In this document: positions 1 through 8,302 of the stretch, piece after piece
Layout of the letters: each line of letters opens with the position of its first letter
Numbering within the stretch: position 1 is the first letter of the stretch
NCBI GenBank assembly: GCA_036490155.1
Contig: DASXEK010000040.1
Location: forward strand, 8,463 to 72,462
Length of the DNA stretch: 64,000 nt
Reading direction: 5' to 3'
Origin: Acidimicrobiales bacterium
GTDB taxonomy: Bacteria; Actinomycetota; Acidimicrobiia; Acidimicrobiales; RAAP-2
Program-made: the position numbers and the translations under genes
Notes under the pieces: model-generated
The model's database searches: none
What the model saw: only the letters and a program-made list of their open reading frames with translations
Told to the model about the DNA's origin: nothing

Positions 1-305
1 TGCAGTCGACCGGACGCATCATCACGGCGGCGGCGCTCCTCATGAGCATCGTGTTCTTCGGCCTCGTGACGAGTGGCATCGCGTTCATGAAGCTCTTCGC
101 CGTCGGCCTGACGTTCGCCGTCCTGCTGGACGCTTTCGTCATCCGCGGCATGCTCGTCCCCGCCGCCATGAAGTTGGCCGGCGAGGCCGCCTGGTGGTTC
201 CCACACCTGCACCGACGCAACGCGGAGCCGCCACATACCGACCGGACGGATCGCTATCCCATCGATCCCGAATTCAGACCCCGGGTCCTCGAGCCACTGT
301 CCTGA
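1..305 (+). CDS. MMPL/RND-type membrane transporter, C-terminal end (5' part lies outside the window)
   Basis: The reading frame is open from the window edge (QSTGRIITAAALLMSIVFFGLVTSG...LLDAFVIRGMLVPAAMKLAGEAAWWFP). This resembles the last TM segment and tail of actinobacterial MMPL proteins. Confidence 0.6.
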   Translation, partial: QSTGRIITAAALLMSIVFFGLVTSGIAFMKLFAVGLTFAVLLDAFVIRGMLVPAAMKLAGEAAWWFPHLHRRNAEPPHTDRTDRYPIDPEFRPRVLEPLS

Positions 306-313
306 GACGCGAC

Positions 314-344
314 GGAGGGCTGGATCGGATCGATCCAGCCCTCC
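314..344. terminator. Hairpin between convergent MMPL and flp genes (13-bp stem GGAGGGCTGGATC/GATCCAGCCCTCC, 5-nt loop)
   Basis: A perfect inverted repeat read directly from the sequence. It lies 9 nt after the MMPL stop. Confidence 0.5.
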
Positions 345-424
345 TCGTTGCCCCCCGGCAACGTCGCCACCTCAATGAGGCAGCGCGTCGTTTTGCTAAT
401 GCCGGCGGTATCCCGCCGGCCGCA

Positions 425-652
425 CTAGCAGCTTGCGCCTGTCAGTCCACCCACGCAGGTGTTGGCGGTGTTGAACAGGTTGGTGATGCCTCCACCCAAA
501 GCAGCAATCGCCACGACGGCGACCACCGCGATCAGGCCCACCAGCAGCGCGTATTCCACCATGGAGGCGCCACGCTCCGTGCGGGCCCGCACGAGCAGCG
601 CGCCATGCGCACCACGAACCGCGACGAACGCGTTGATGAAGTATCCGAGCAT
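425..652 (-). CDS. flp: Flp family type IVb prepilin (75 aa)
   Basis: Internal Met of ORF 425..811. Processing motif RG/ASMVEYALLVGLIAVVAVVAIAALGG and small size. Confidence 0.85.
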   Translation of the reverse strand: MLGYFINAFVAVRGAHGALLVRARTERGASMVEYALLVGLIAVVAVVAIAALGGGITNLFNTANTCVGGLTGASC

Positions 653-950
653 TCCTTTTCTCCCCTCGTTGCCCCAAATGGAATCGACGGTTCGTCGTTC
701 CCAAGTACAAATATCGGTGACGACGACGTCGAAGTACATAGTCTTTTCGACCCAAAGACTCTGGGTTCTTTCTGTGTTCTTGTCCATGATGTGCACCACG
801 GAGCACGACAAAAACAGTCCCCCAAACCGACAGCGGGCTGGGCCGGCATATGCCGACCCAGCCCAACCGTCATCCCTTTGGGGAAGGGGGAATATTCCCT
901 TAGGGAATCCGTCGCACAGCTCGTCGCGGCTCAGGCCGCTTCCAACTGAA

Positions 951-1178
951 CTAGCAGCTTGCGCCCGTCAGCCCACCCACGCAGGTGTTGGCGGTGTTGA
1001 ACAGGTTCTTGATGCCCCCACCGAGTGCAGCGATCGCCACAACGGCGACGACGGCGATGAGACCAACAAGCAGCGCGTACTCCACCATGGAGGCACCACG
1101 CTCGGTCCGCGCACGCTCAAGGAGGCTCCCGTGGAAGCCACGGACCGCGAAGAACGCATTCAGAAACAGCTCCGTCAT
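951..1178 (-). CDS. flp: Flp family type IVb prepilin, paralogue (75 aa)
   Basis: Internal Met of ORF 951..1304. Same G/ASMVEY motif and an identical mature core. Confidence 0.85.
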   Translation of the reverse strand: MTELFLNAFFAVRGFHGSLLERARTERGASMVEYALLVGLIAVVAVVAIAALGGGIKNLFNTANTCVGGLTGASC

Positions 1179-1316
1179 TTTGCTTTTCCCCTCTCTCACC
1201 CCAGAAGAAACCCGGACGGTTGTCCGAGTCCCCGCTGGAGTCCCATCGACATTGTCGTCGCAGCGGATTCCCAGTTCCATAGGCAGAAAGGACCATTCGC
1301 CCACCGCGTGCCCGTG

Positions 1317-1769
1317 CTATTCGATGGTGACGAGACCCATGACCACCGCGCGCACCAACGCGTGCGTGCGATTGGTGACGTCGAGCTTTTGAAAGATGGC
1401 GGCCAGGTGATTCTTGGTCGTCTTCGGGCTGATGTACAGCCGCTGCGAGATCTCGCCGTTCGTCGAACCTTCCGCCAGCAGTTGCAGCACCTCGAGCTCC
1501 CGCTGAGTGAGTGACCACGGCCCCCACTGGCGGTCGTCGACGCGCGGCGTGCTAATTTCGGGGTCGCGGTAATCGCCGTCGACCGGCGCGACCGCGTCGT
1601 CACGCGTGAGCGTCGCCCTGGCGCCGTGCACGCGCTCCCCACGGTGCACCGTCGTTGAGACCGACGGACCCGACACCGATACCTGCGAGTAGAACGTCCA
1701 CCCTGTTGGGCCTGCCACCGGCTCGGCCGAAACCGCGCTCGGCCACAGGATCGAGGCTGTGTTCGTCAT
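1317..1769 (-). CDS. LuxR-family HTH transcriptional regulator
   Basis: C-terminal LTQRELEVLQLLAEGSTNGEISQRLYISPKTTKNHLAAIFQKLDV is a GerE/LuxR HTH. The start was chosen at the Met preceded by a GGGGGG-rich RBS; the ORF extends to 1853. Confidence 0.75.
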   Translation of the reverse strand: MTNTASILWPSAVSAEPVAGPTGWTFYSQVSVSGPSVSTTVHRGERVHGARATLTRDDAVAPVDGDYRDPEISTPRVDDRQWGPWSLTQRELEVLQLLAEGSTNGEISQRLYISPKTTKNHLAAIFQKLDVTNRTHALVRAVVMGLVTIE

Positions 1770-1962
1770 GAGTTCCCCCCCATTCGCGCCCCGGCTCTGC
1801 CGGTGCGTCTCCTCCTCCCCCACCACTGCTGTGGTGGGAATTCCCCTGGTCATTGTACGAGTCGCTGGTCAAACGACAGGTGCAACAAGATTGCGACATG
1901 GGTGCGGTTGGGCCGAATGGCCTAGAGCCGGCGCCCCGGTGAAGAGACCGCGGTCAGGCTGA

Positions 1963-2910
1963 TCAGCCGCCGGCGAGGGCGTGTTTGATCGGCCCGACGA
2001 TCGGCCCGAGCACCACGATCATGATGGCGGGGAGAAAACAGAAGGCAAGCGGGAAGAGGATCTTGACCGGCACCTTGGCCGCCTTCTCCCGCGCCCGCTG
2101 CCGCCGCTTGTCGCGCATCTCGTCAGCTTGTGCCTGCAGGACGCGGCCGATCGGCAAGCCGAGCGCATCGGCCTGCGAGAGGACGACGGCGAAGGTGACG
2201 AGGTCGTCGATATCGGTGCGGAGCTTCATGTTCTCGAGCGCGTCATGCCGGGACAATCCGAGCTCCATCTCGCGCAATGTGAGGCGCAGTTCGTGGCACA
2301 CAGGCGACTCGAAACGGGCGCACGACACCTGCATCGCCTGCTCGAGACCGAGGCCGGCGGCGACCGAGATCGTCATGAGGTCCAGGAGGTCGGGCAGGTC
2401 ATTCGTCACCTGCGCGCGCCGGGCCTTGATCCGGTGGCGGAGCCAATAGCTCGGAACCAGACCGCCAATCAACGGCATGATGAACAGGGCCGCCACGGCG
2501 ACCTTGACACTGACCACGCCGCTGACGAGCAGGATCAGGCCGAAGCCGAAACCGGCCATGACCGATCCCACCTGTATGGCGACGAACTCTTCGGCCCGCA
2601 CCGAACCGGTCAGTCCGCCCTTGAGCAGGTCGGCGTGAACACGGTCGATGTCACGCGACGGGTACAGGCGCGACAGGCTGTGGCGGAGGCCACTCGCCGC
2701 CGGGCCGAACACCCGGCGCACGAAGGCCGTCTGCACCCGGTCGGGCTGCTGGACCGGCGCGGCGTACTCCTCTGCCTCCGACCCGAGCGAGCGGATGAAA
2801 TCGAGCCGGTGTGACGACGTGTGCGTGCGCCACGCGGCGACGCCGACACCGAGAAGTCCGAGCGCCATCAACGTGATGCCAACCGACGGAACGATATATG
2901 TCGCGTTCAC
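1963..2910 (-). CDS. tadC: Tad pilus inner-membrane platform protein (T2SS F family)
   Basis: Polytopic membrane protein with a GspF-like region (LPDLLDLMTISVAAGLGLEQAM). Position in the tad operon supports the call. Confidence 0.8.
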   Translation of the reverse strand: MNATYIVPSVGITLMALGLLGVGVAAWRTHTSSHRLDFIRSLGSEAEEYAAPVQQPDRVQTAFVRRVFGPAASGLRHSLSRLYPSRDIDRVHADLLKGGLTGSVRAEEFVAIQVGSVMAGFGFGLILLVSGVVSVKVAVAALFIMPLIGGLVPSYWLRHRIKARRAQVTNDLPDLLDLMTISVAAGLGLEQAMQVSCARFESPVCHELRLTLREMELGLSRHDALENMKLRTDIDDLVTFAVVLSQADALGLPIGRVLQAQADEMRDKRRQRAREKAAKVPVKILFPLAFCFLPAIMIVVLGPIVGPIKHALAGG

Positions 2911-2931
2911 GAGAACAGTCCCCCTTCGTCT

Positions 2932-3936
2932 TCAGACCTTGATGTTGACCATGCGGCGCACGATCCAGAACCCCAGCGCCATGAGCCCGGCCGTGCCGAT
3001 CAGCACCATCAGCCCGACACCGTGGTACATCGGCTGCAGGTAGCCCGGGTCCTTCAGCTCAATCGCGCAGACAAGGAACAGCGGGATGGCAAAGAGCACA
3101 TACCCCGACATCCGGCCTTCCGCTGAGAGCGTCTGGACCTCGCGGCGGACCTCCTGCCTCGTGCGCATGAACATGGCCAGCGTGTGGAGGATCGGCGCCA
3201 GTCGGCCGCCGGTCGATTGCTGGATCCGCACCGCCTCGACGGCCCACTTGAGATCCTCGACCCCCGAGCGCTCGGCCATGTTCTCGAGCGCGACGACCAG
3301 GTCGGACCCGACCACCACCTCGGCCATCACCCGGTCGAGCTCCTGCGACAGGGGCGGACGGGCATCCCTGCGGTACATGTCGATGGCCCGCTGGAACGTC
3401 TGGCCGCCCTCGACCGACGCGGCCATGAGGGCCAATGCGTCGGGCAGCTGCTCCTGCATCTGCTTGATCCGCTTGTTGGCCCGGTAGGTCGGGATGTACC
3501 AGGCGACCATCGCTCCGACGGCGATGGCGATCACCGCTCCGATGACCGACCCCACGAGCACGCCCACCACGACGGCGAGCATGAACGAGAACGCTGCGCT
3601 GATGACGAGGTACTCGCCCGACCGCAGCGGGATGGCCGCCCGGTCGAGGCGCTGCTCGAGGACGCCGCTGGTGTCGATACGCCCGAAGATGCCGGCCAGG
3701 CGGACCGTCAGGGCCGAGAGCTCACCGTGTTCGGGCGACTCGCTGACCACCTCGACCGGCACCTTTGCTGTCCCCATGGTGTCGTCGAGGATCTGGGCCA
3801 GCGTGCGCTGACGACTGCGGACCCTGATGATGATCGCGACGACGGCGATGGCCAGCCCGCCCCCCACGAGGACGGCGGCCAGCAAGGCCTCCGTCTGCGA
3901 ACCAAGTTGCAGTGCAGCCAGCATGATCGGCCTCAC
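2932..3936 (-). CDS. tadB: Tad pilus inner-membrane platform protein (T2SS F family)
   Basis: GspF-like region (LPDALALMAASVEGGQTFQRAI). The GTG start overlaps the tadA stop (GTGA). Confidence 0.8.
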   Translation of the reverse strand: MRPIMLAALQLGSQTEALLAAVLVGGGLAIAVVAIIIRVRSRQRTLAQILDDTMGTAKVPVEVVSESPEHGELSALTVRLAGIFGRIDTSGVLEQRLDRAAIPLRSGEYLVISAAFSFMLAVVVGVLVGSVIGAVIAIAVGAMVAWYIPTYRANKRIKQMQEQLPDALALMAASVEGGQTFQRAIDMYRRDARPPLSQELDRVMAEVVVGSDLVVALENMAERSGVEDLKWAVEAVRIQQSTGGRLAPILHTLAMFMRTRQEVRREVQTLSAEGRMSGYVLFAIPLFLVCAIELKDPGYLQPMYHGVGLMVLIGTAGLMALGFWIVRRMVNIKV

Positions 3937-5441
3937 TTCCCGTCGCGACGGCGCGCGAGGATCTCGTAGAGCTCTTCGGTGGGCGGTTCGACGCGGCCCG
4001 GGCGGGCCGGGCGGTGGTGGCGCCCGCCGGGTCGAGATGAGAGGAGCGCCGCATCGTCACTTCGGAAGATGTGGGGCGGGATCTCGACCCCGCTGAGCGC
4101 CAATTCGTCGAGGATCTTCGGCCGCAGGCCGGTCGGGACGAGGCGTCCCATTCCCTCGGCGGAGTCCACCCGGTGAAAGACGTCTTGCAGGAGGACGGTG
4201 TCACCCTCCATGCCCTGGATCTCGGTGATCGAATGGACGACCCGAGGGCCCTCCGCTGTCCGCTGGAGCTGCACCAAGATGCCGACCGCCATGACGATCT
4301 GCTCCCGGATGGCCCGTTGGGGCAGCTCCACACCACCCATCATCACCATGGTCTCGAGCCGGCCCAGGAGCTCACGTGGCGAGTTGGCGTGCACCGTGGT
4401 CATGGAGCCGGCGTGGCCGGTGTTCATGGCCTGGAGCATGTCCAGCGTCTCGGAGCCACGGCACTCACCGACGATGATGCGATCGGGCCGCATACGCAGG
4501 GAGTTGCGGACGAGGTCGCGGATGCGCACCTCGCCGCTGCCCTCGGCGTTGGACGGACGCGTCTCGAGGGTGACCACGTGCTTCCCCTGGATCTGGAGCT
4601 CGGCCGACTCTTCGATCGTGATGAGGCGTTCCCCGTCCGGGATGAAGTTGGACAGGACGTTGAGCATCGTCGTCTTCCCGGTGCCCGTTCCACCGACGAC
4701 GATGATGCTGATCTTCCCGCGCACGAGGGCCTCGAGGAAGACGGCAGAGTCCATGGTGAGCGTGCCTAGCCCGATCATGTCCTGCATGACCAGAGGCTGC
4801 TCGGGGAACTTCCGGATGGTGAGCACAGGACCGTTCAGCGCGAGCGGCGGAACAATGGCGTTCACACGGGAGCCATCGGCCAGACGAGCATCCACCATCG
4901 GCGAAGCCTCGTCGACCCGCCGGCCTACGGCATGCACCATGCGGTCAATGATGCGCCGGTACTGGTGCGGGGAGTTGAAGACGATCTTGCTCCGGCTGAT
5001 CTGACCCTCGCGCTCAATCCAGATTTCGTCGAAACGGTTGCACATGATTTCGGTGATGGTCCCGTCCGCCAGCAACGCCTCGAGGGGCCCGTAGCCGAGC
5101 GAGTCCTCGAGCATCTCCTCGACGAAGCGTTGGCGCTCGATCGGAGAAATGCCGATGTCCTCGCGTTCGAGGATCTCGTTGACGGTAGAGCGAACCTTGG
5201 TCCGCAGCTCGTCGGGCGACAGGTTCGCCGCTGTCGGCGCGATCTCGGCCAGCACCTTGGCCTGAACGACAGCCTTGGACTGCGACCACGCTTCGTCGGC
5301 CGAAGGCCGATCGGGGCTCCGTCGCTTTGGGGTTTCCTTGGGGTTGGTTCCGCTCGGCCGGGGCGGCCGAGCGCGCCCCTGGCTCTCATCGACGGGGGCA
5401 TCGCCTCCGTCGGCGGCAGCGAGCTTCTCTGACAGGTTCAT
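3933..5441 (-). CDS. tadA: Tad pilus secretion ATPase (CpaF/TadA family)
   Basis: Walker A GGTGTGKTT, plus ITIEESAEL, RMRPDRIIVGECRG and His box MNTGHAGSMTTVHAN. Confidence 0.9.
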   Translation of the reverse strand: MNLSEKLAAADGGDAPVDESQGRARPPRPSGTNPKETPKRRSPDRPSADEAWSQSKAVVQAKVLAEIAPTAANLSPDELRTKVRSTVNEILEREDIGISPIERQRFVEEMLEDSLGYGPLEALLADGTITEIMCNRFDEIWIEREGQISRSKIVFNSPHQYRRIIDRMVHAVGRRVDEASPMVDARLADGSRVNAIVPPLALNGPVLTIRKFPEQPLVMQDMIGLGTLTMDSAVFLEALVRGKISIIVVGGTGTGKTTMLNVLSNFIPDGERLITIEESAELQIQGKHVVTLETRPSNAEGSGEVRIRDLVRNSLRMRPDRIIVGECRGSETLDMLQAMNTGHAGSMTTVHANSPRELLGRLETMVMMGGVELPQRAIREQIVMAVGILVQLQRTAEGPRVVHSITEIQGMEGDTVLLQDVFHRVDSAEGMGRLVPTGLRPKILDELALSGVEIPPHIFRSDDAALLSSRPGGRHHRPARPGRVEPPTEELYEILARRRDGK

Positions 5442-5446
5442 TGATC

Positions 5447-6733
5447 TCAGGCCCTCTCGAGCTCAGGCACCTTGGAGGTGCGACCCTTCATGCGTCGCCA
5501 AAACGCGCGACCGACGCCGATTTCAGCGTTGTTGCTGCTCGTCGCGAGCACGGGCGTGACGTCACCGGACAGGAACTGCTGCATGCCACCGGCCAGCTTC
5601 TTGCTGATCTCCGAGTTGACGGCGGACACGATCGCCGGCTTGCCCTTGTTGATCGACCGCATGGCCTCCCGCGAGTACGGGAGCGTCGAGACGATCTTGT
5701 TGTCCAGCACCTCCTGGACGTCGGCGATGTCGATGCCGATGTCATCCTCGACCTTGTTCAGGACCACCGCGATCGACTCGCTGCTGATCCGGAGCTTCTC
5801 AAGGGTCGTCAGGAACACCCGCATGTTGCGGATGCTCGGCAGGTCCAGGGTCACCATGCACAGCACCCGCGTGGAGTGGTCGAACGCCGCCAAGACAATC
5901 TCGGACAGCTGGGCCGGCGTGTCGACGACGATGTAGTCGAAGTGCCGGCGCAGCGCGCCCATCACCTTGTAGACGTCCTTGGGTGCGATCATGTCGGCGT
6001 CGGCCGGGCTGAACGGAGCGGCAAGGACCGAGAATCCGAGTTCGTGGTCCTCGAGGTACTCCTCCACGTGCTCGTCGAGATCGTCCTCGTCGACCGGCTC
6101 CCGGGAGAGCAAGTCCGAAATGGTGAAACGAGGCCGCAAGTGGAGCGCGGTCGAGACCTCGCCGAATTGTAGGTCGAGATCGACCAGGCAGACGCGCTGC
6201 CCCGTCTGGGCGGCGAGGTAGCAGGCCAGGTTCGTGGCGTAGAACGTCTTGCCACAGCCACCACTCGACGACGCCACCGTGAAGACCTCGGCGAACTGCT
6301 GGCGCTCGACCACGACGCCGTGGGCGACGACGGGCATGGTCGGCGCGCCCGTTACCTGTGAGACATCGGCGATGTCAAAGGCCCGCTTGAGCGAAGCCGA
6401 GAGTTGGCGCTTGCTGGTCGGGTACTCGACCAGCTCGACCGCGCCGGTGCGAACGATATCGCTCAGGTTCGCCTTGGGCTTCGGGCCGAGCGCCAGGACC
6501 ACGGCCGGCACCGCTGCGGTGTACCGCAGACCGGCCAGCCGGGCCATGCCGGCGTGGCTGTCGAAGACCGGACCGGCCACGAGGACATCGAACGGTCCCT
6601 GCTCACGCACCTCGTCCTCGACATCGATGACGTTGGTGCTGGTGACGATCTGGTAGCCCGGTCCGAGCGAGGACTGAATGGCCCGGCTGAGCGCCGGTGA
6701 ACGGCTGATGACGAGGATCCGGCGGGAGATCAT
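5447..6733 (-). CDS. tadZ: CpaE/TadZ-like pilus localisation ATPase (receiver-like N-domain plus MinD/ParA-type ATPase)
   Basis: Deviant Walker A SSSGGCGKTFYATNLA. The ATGA overlap with the cpaB stop sets the start at 6733. Confidence 0.8.
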   Translation of the reverse strand: MISRRILVISRSPALSRAIQSSLGPGYQIVTSTNVIDVEDEVREQGPFDVLVAGPVFDSHAGMARLAGLRYTAAVPAVVLALGPKPKANLSDIVRTGAVELVEYPTSKRQLSASLKRAFDIADVSQVTGAPTMPVVAHGVVVERQQFAEVFTVASSSGGCGKTFYATNLACYLAAQTGQRVCLVDLDLQFGEVSTALHLRPRFTISDLLSREPVDEDDLDEHVEEYLEDHELGFSVLAAPFSPADADMIAPKDVYKVMGALRRHFDYIVVDTPAQLSEIVLAAFDHSTRVLCMVTLDLPSIRNMRVFLTTLEKLRISSESIAVVLNKVEDDIGIDIADVQEVLDNKIVSTLPYSREAMRSINKGKPAIVSAVNSEISKKLAGGMQQFLSGDVTPVLATSSNNAEIGVGRAFWRRMKGRTSKVPELERA

Positions 6734-7506
6734 GGGGCGGTCGAGGTCTGAGCGGTGCCGATGCACTGGCCGACCGTCGGCGGATTGACCTCTTGGTCTG
6801 GCTGCACGACCGAGATCGACTCATTCTGCGAGAGGAACTGCAGCGACCTGGCCTGTCCCGGCGTGAGAGCCAGCAACAGGGTCTCAGACCCCGGCACCGC
6901 GCGCCCGGTCGCCGAGCCCTTGGTCGCAGCGAGTGAAGGGCTCGTGCTCGAGACATCCATGACCTCGATGTTGGTCATCGCCAACTCCGTGCAGGGGATC
7001 GAGATAGCGGCGCTGGCTCCGCCGGTGCTCCCTCCGACCGAGACCTTGGTGATGTTCGCGTAGATGTCCACATGACCGCCCGGCTGCAGGTAGCCGGCGA
7101 GGTTCTCGGCGCCGCTGATAGCGACCGTCATCGCGTCAAGACCCTGAGGAGTAGAGATCGCCTGGGTGCTGACGGTCAATTCCGTCGAGGCGATCGTGTG
7201 TCCCTTCAGCACGGGTGCGTTGAGCACCTGGTCGCTCAACCCCTGCAGCGAGGTCAGGTCGTTGGGCGAGAACGCCTTTGACGGGACGGACTGGAGGGCG
7301 ACCAGCCCTTGCGCCTCCATGGCTTGGCCCGTGGTCCCGGCGGGAATGTTCGCCGTGGCGACAACGGCCGAGATGTTCACCGGAGCCTGCGTGGTCGGCC
7401 CATTCGTATTCTTCTTCGCCCCCTGCACGCTGGCGTACGCGATCGCGCTGCCCGCGACGAACAGGATCACCCCGATCAGGACCAATATCAGCGTCTGCCT
7501 TTTCAC
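6730..7506 (-). CDS. cpaB: Flp pilus assembly protein CpaB/RcpC
   Basis: N-terminal TM anchor, size, and position upstream of cpaE. GTG start with a strong GAGAGGGGGAAGG RBS. Confidence 0.75.
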   Translation of the reverse strand: MKRQTLILVLIGVILFVAGSAIAYASVQGAKKNTNGPTTQAPVNISAVVATANIPAGTTGQAMEAQGLVALQSVPSKAFSPNDLTSLQGLSDQVLNAPVLKGHTIASTELTVSTQAISTPQGLDAMTVAISGAENLAGYLQPGGHVDIYANITKVSVGGSTGGASAAISIPCTELAMTNIEVMDVSSTSPSLAATKGSATGRAVPGSETLLLALTPGQARSLQFLSQNESISVVQPDQEVNPPTVGQCIGTAQTSTAP

Positions 7507-7740
7507 AGAACCTTCCCCCTCTCAACCGGCCGACGACGTGCGGCTATCCGTCACGCATCGTTTGGTGGCCGGCTCCGTTGCACGGTACGACGGGAAGTAG
7601 CCGAGGTACATAGGACCTTTTGACCATTCTCTGTTTGAGCGCCCCTGGTGGAGGCCCCAAATGGTCCATATGTCCTATGTACCGCCCCTGCGGGACCCCC
7701 CAGAATCAACCCGGGACGTATCGCAGCGACGACCAAGACC

Positions 7741-7773
7741 TCTTGCGTGTGCAAGAGACATATGCAAGAGACA
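7741..7773. promoter_or_regulatory. Operator-like array: TCTTGC-GTGT-GCAAGA palindrome fused to a GCAAGAGACA-TAT-GCAAGAGACA direct repeat
   Basis: Read directly from the sequence. It lies 41-73 nt upstream of the proposed tadE-like start, in the cpaB/tadE divergent intergenic region. Confidence 0.4.
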
Positions 7774-7813
7774 AACGGGGCGCCGCCCGAGATACAGAGG
7801 AGGGAGGTCCACC

Positions 7814-8302
7814 TTGGGACCGCAGAGTCGAAAACTTTCGAACTGGCTAAAGAAGCGACGGCAAACAGACGACGCCGAGCGCGGCGCCGAGCTCATCGAG
7901 TTTGCCTTCGTTGTCGTGCTCCTGATCGCGCTGCTCTACGGAATCGTCACCTACGGGTTGATCCTGGCGGCCCAGTCCACCATCACCTCGGCCGCTGCCG
8001 ACGCGGCGCGGGCCGGCCTCGTCGCCTCCTCCACAGCCCAAGCCGTCACAGCGGCACAGGGACAGGCGGGGACCGACTTGGGGTGGCTGAACAAGGGAGC
8101 CTGTGGCACGGCGGGAACCACCATCACGTGCGTCGCCACCACAGAGGCTTGTCCGTCGAACTCAGCCGTCGAGTGCCTGAAGGTCACGGTGGTCTACAAC
8201 TACAGTTCGAGCCCGCTCTTTCCTGAACTGCCTGGCATGGGCATCGTCACGCCCTCGACCATTTCTTCCACCAGTGTCGTGCAGATGGCGGCTGCGTCAT
8301 GA
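7814..8302 (+). CDS. tadE: TadE-like pseudopilin
   Basis: ERGAELIEFAFVVVLLIALLYGIVTYG TadE-like N-terminus. TTG start at 7814, preceded by GAGGAGGGAGG; the track ORF begins at 7661. Confidence 0.7.
   Translation: MGPQSRKLSNWLKKRRQTDDAERGAELIEFAFVVVLLIALLYGIVTYGLILAAQSTITSAAADAARAGLVASSTAQAVTAAQGQAGTDLGWLNKGACGTAGTTITCVATTEACPSNSAVECLKVTVVYNYSSSPLFPELPGMGIVTPSTISSTSVVQMAAAS

Noticed and set aside
888-899. The 12-bp palindrome GGGAATATTCCC between the two flp genes.
   Set aside because: It is short and has no loop, so it is a poor terminator. It occurs once and has no supporting repeat, so it is noted only as a possible protein site.
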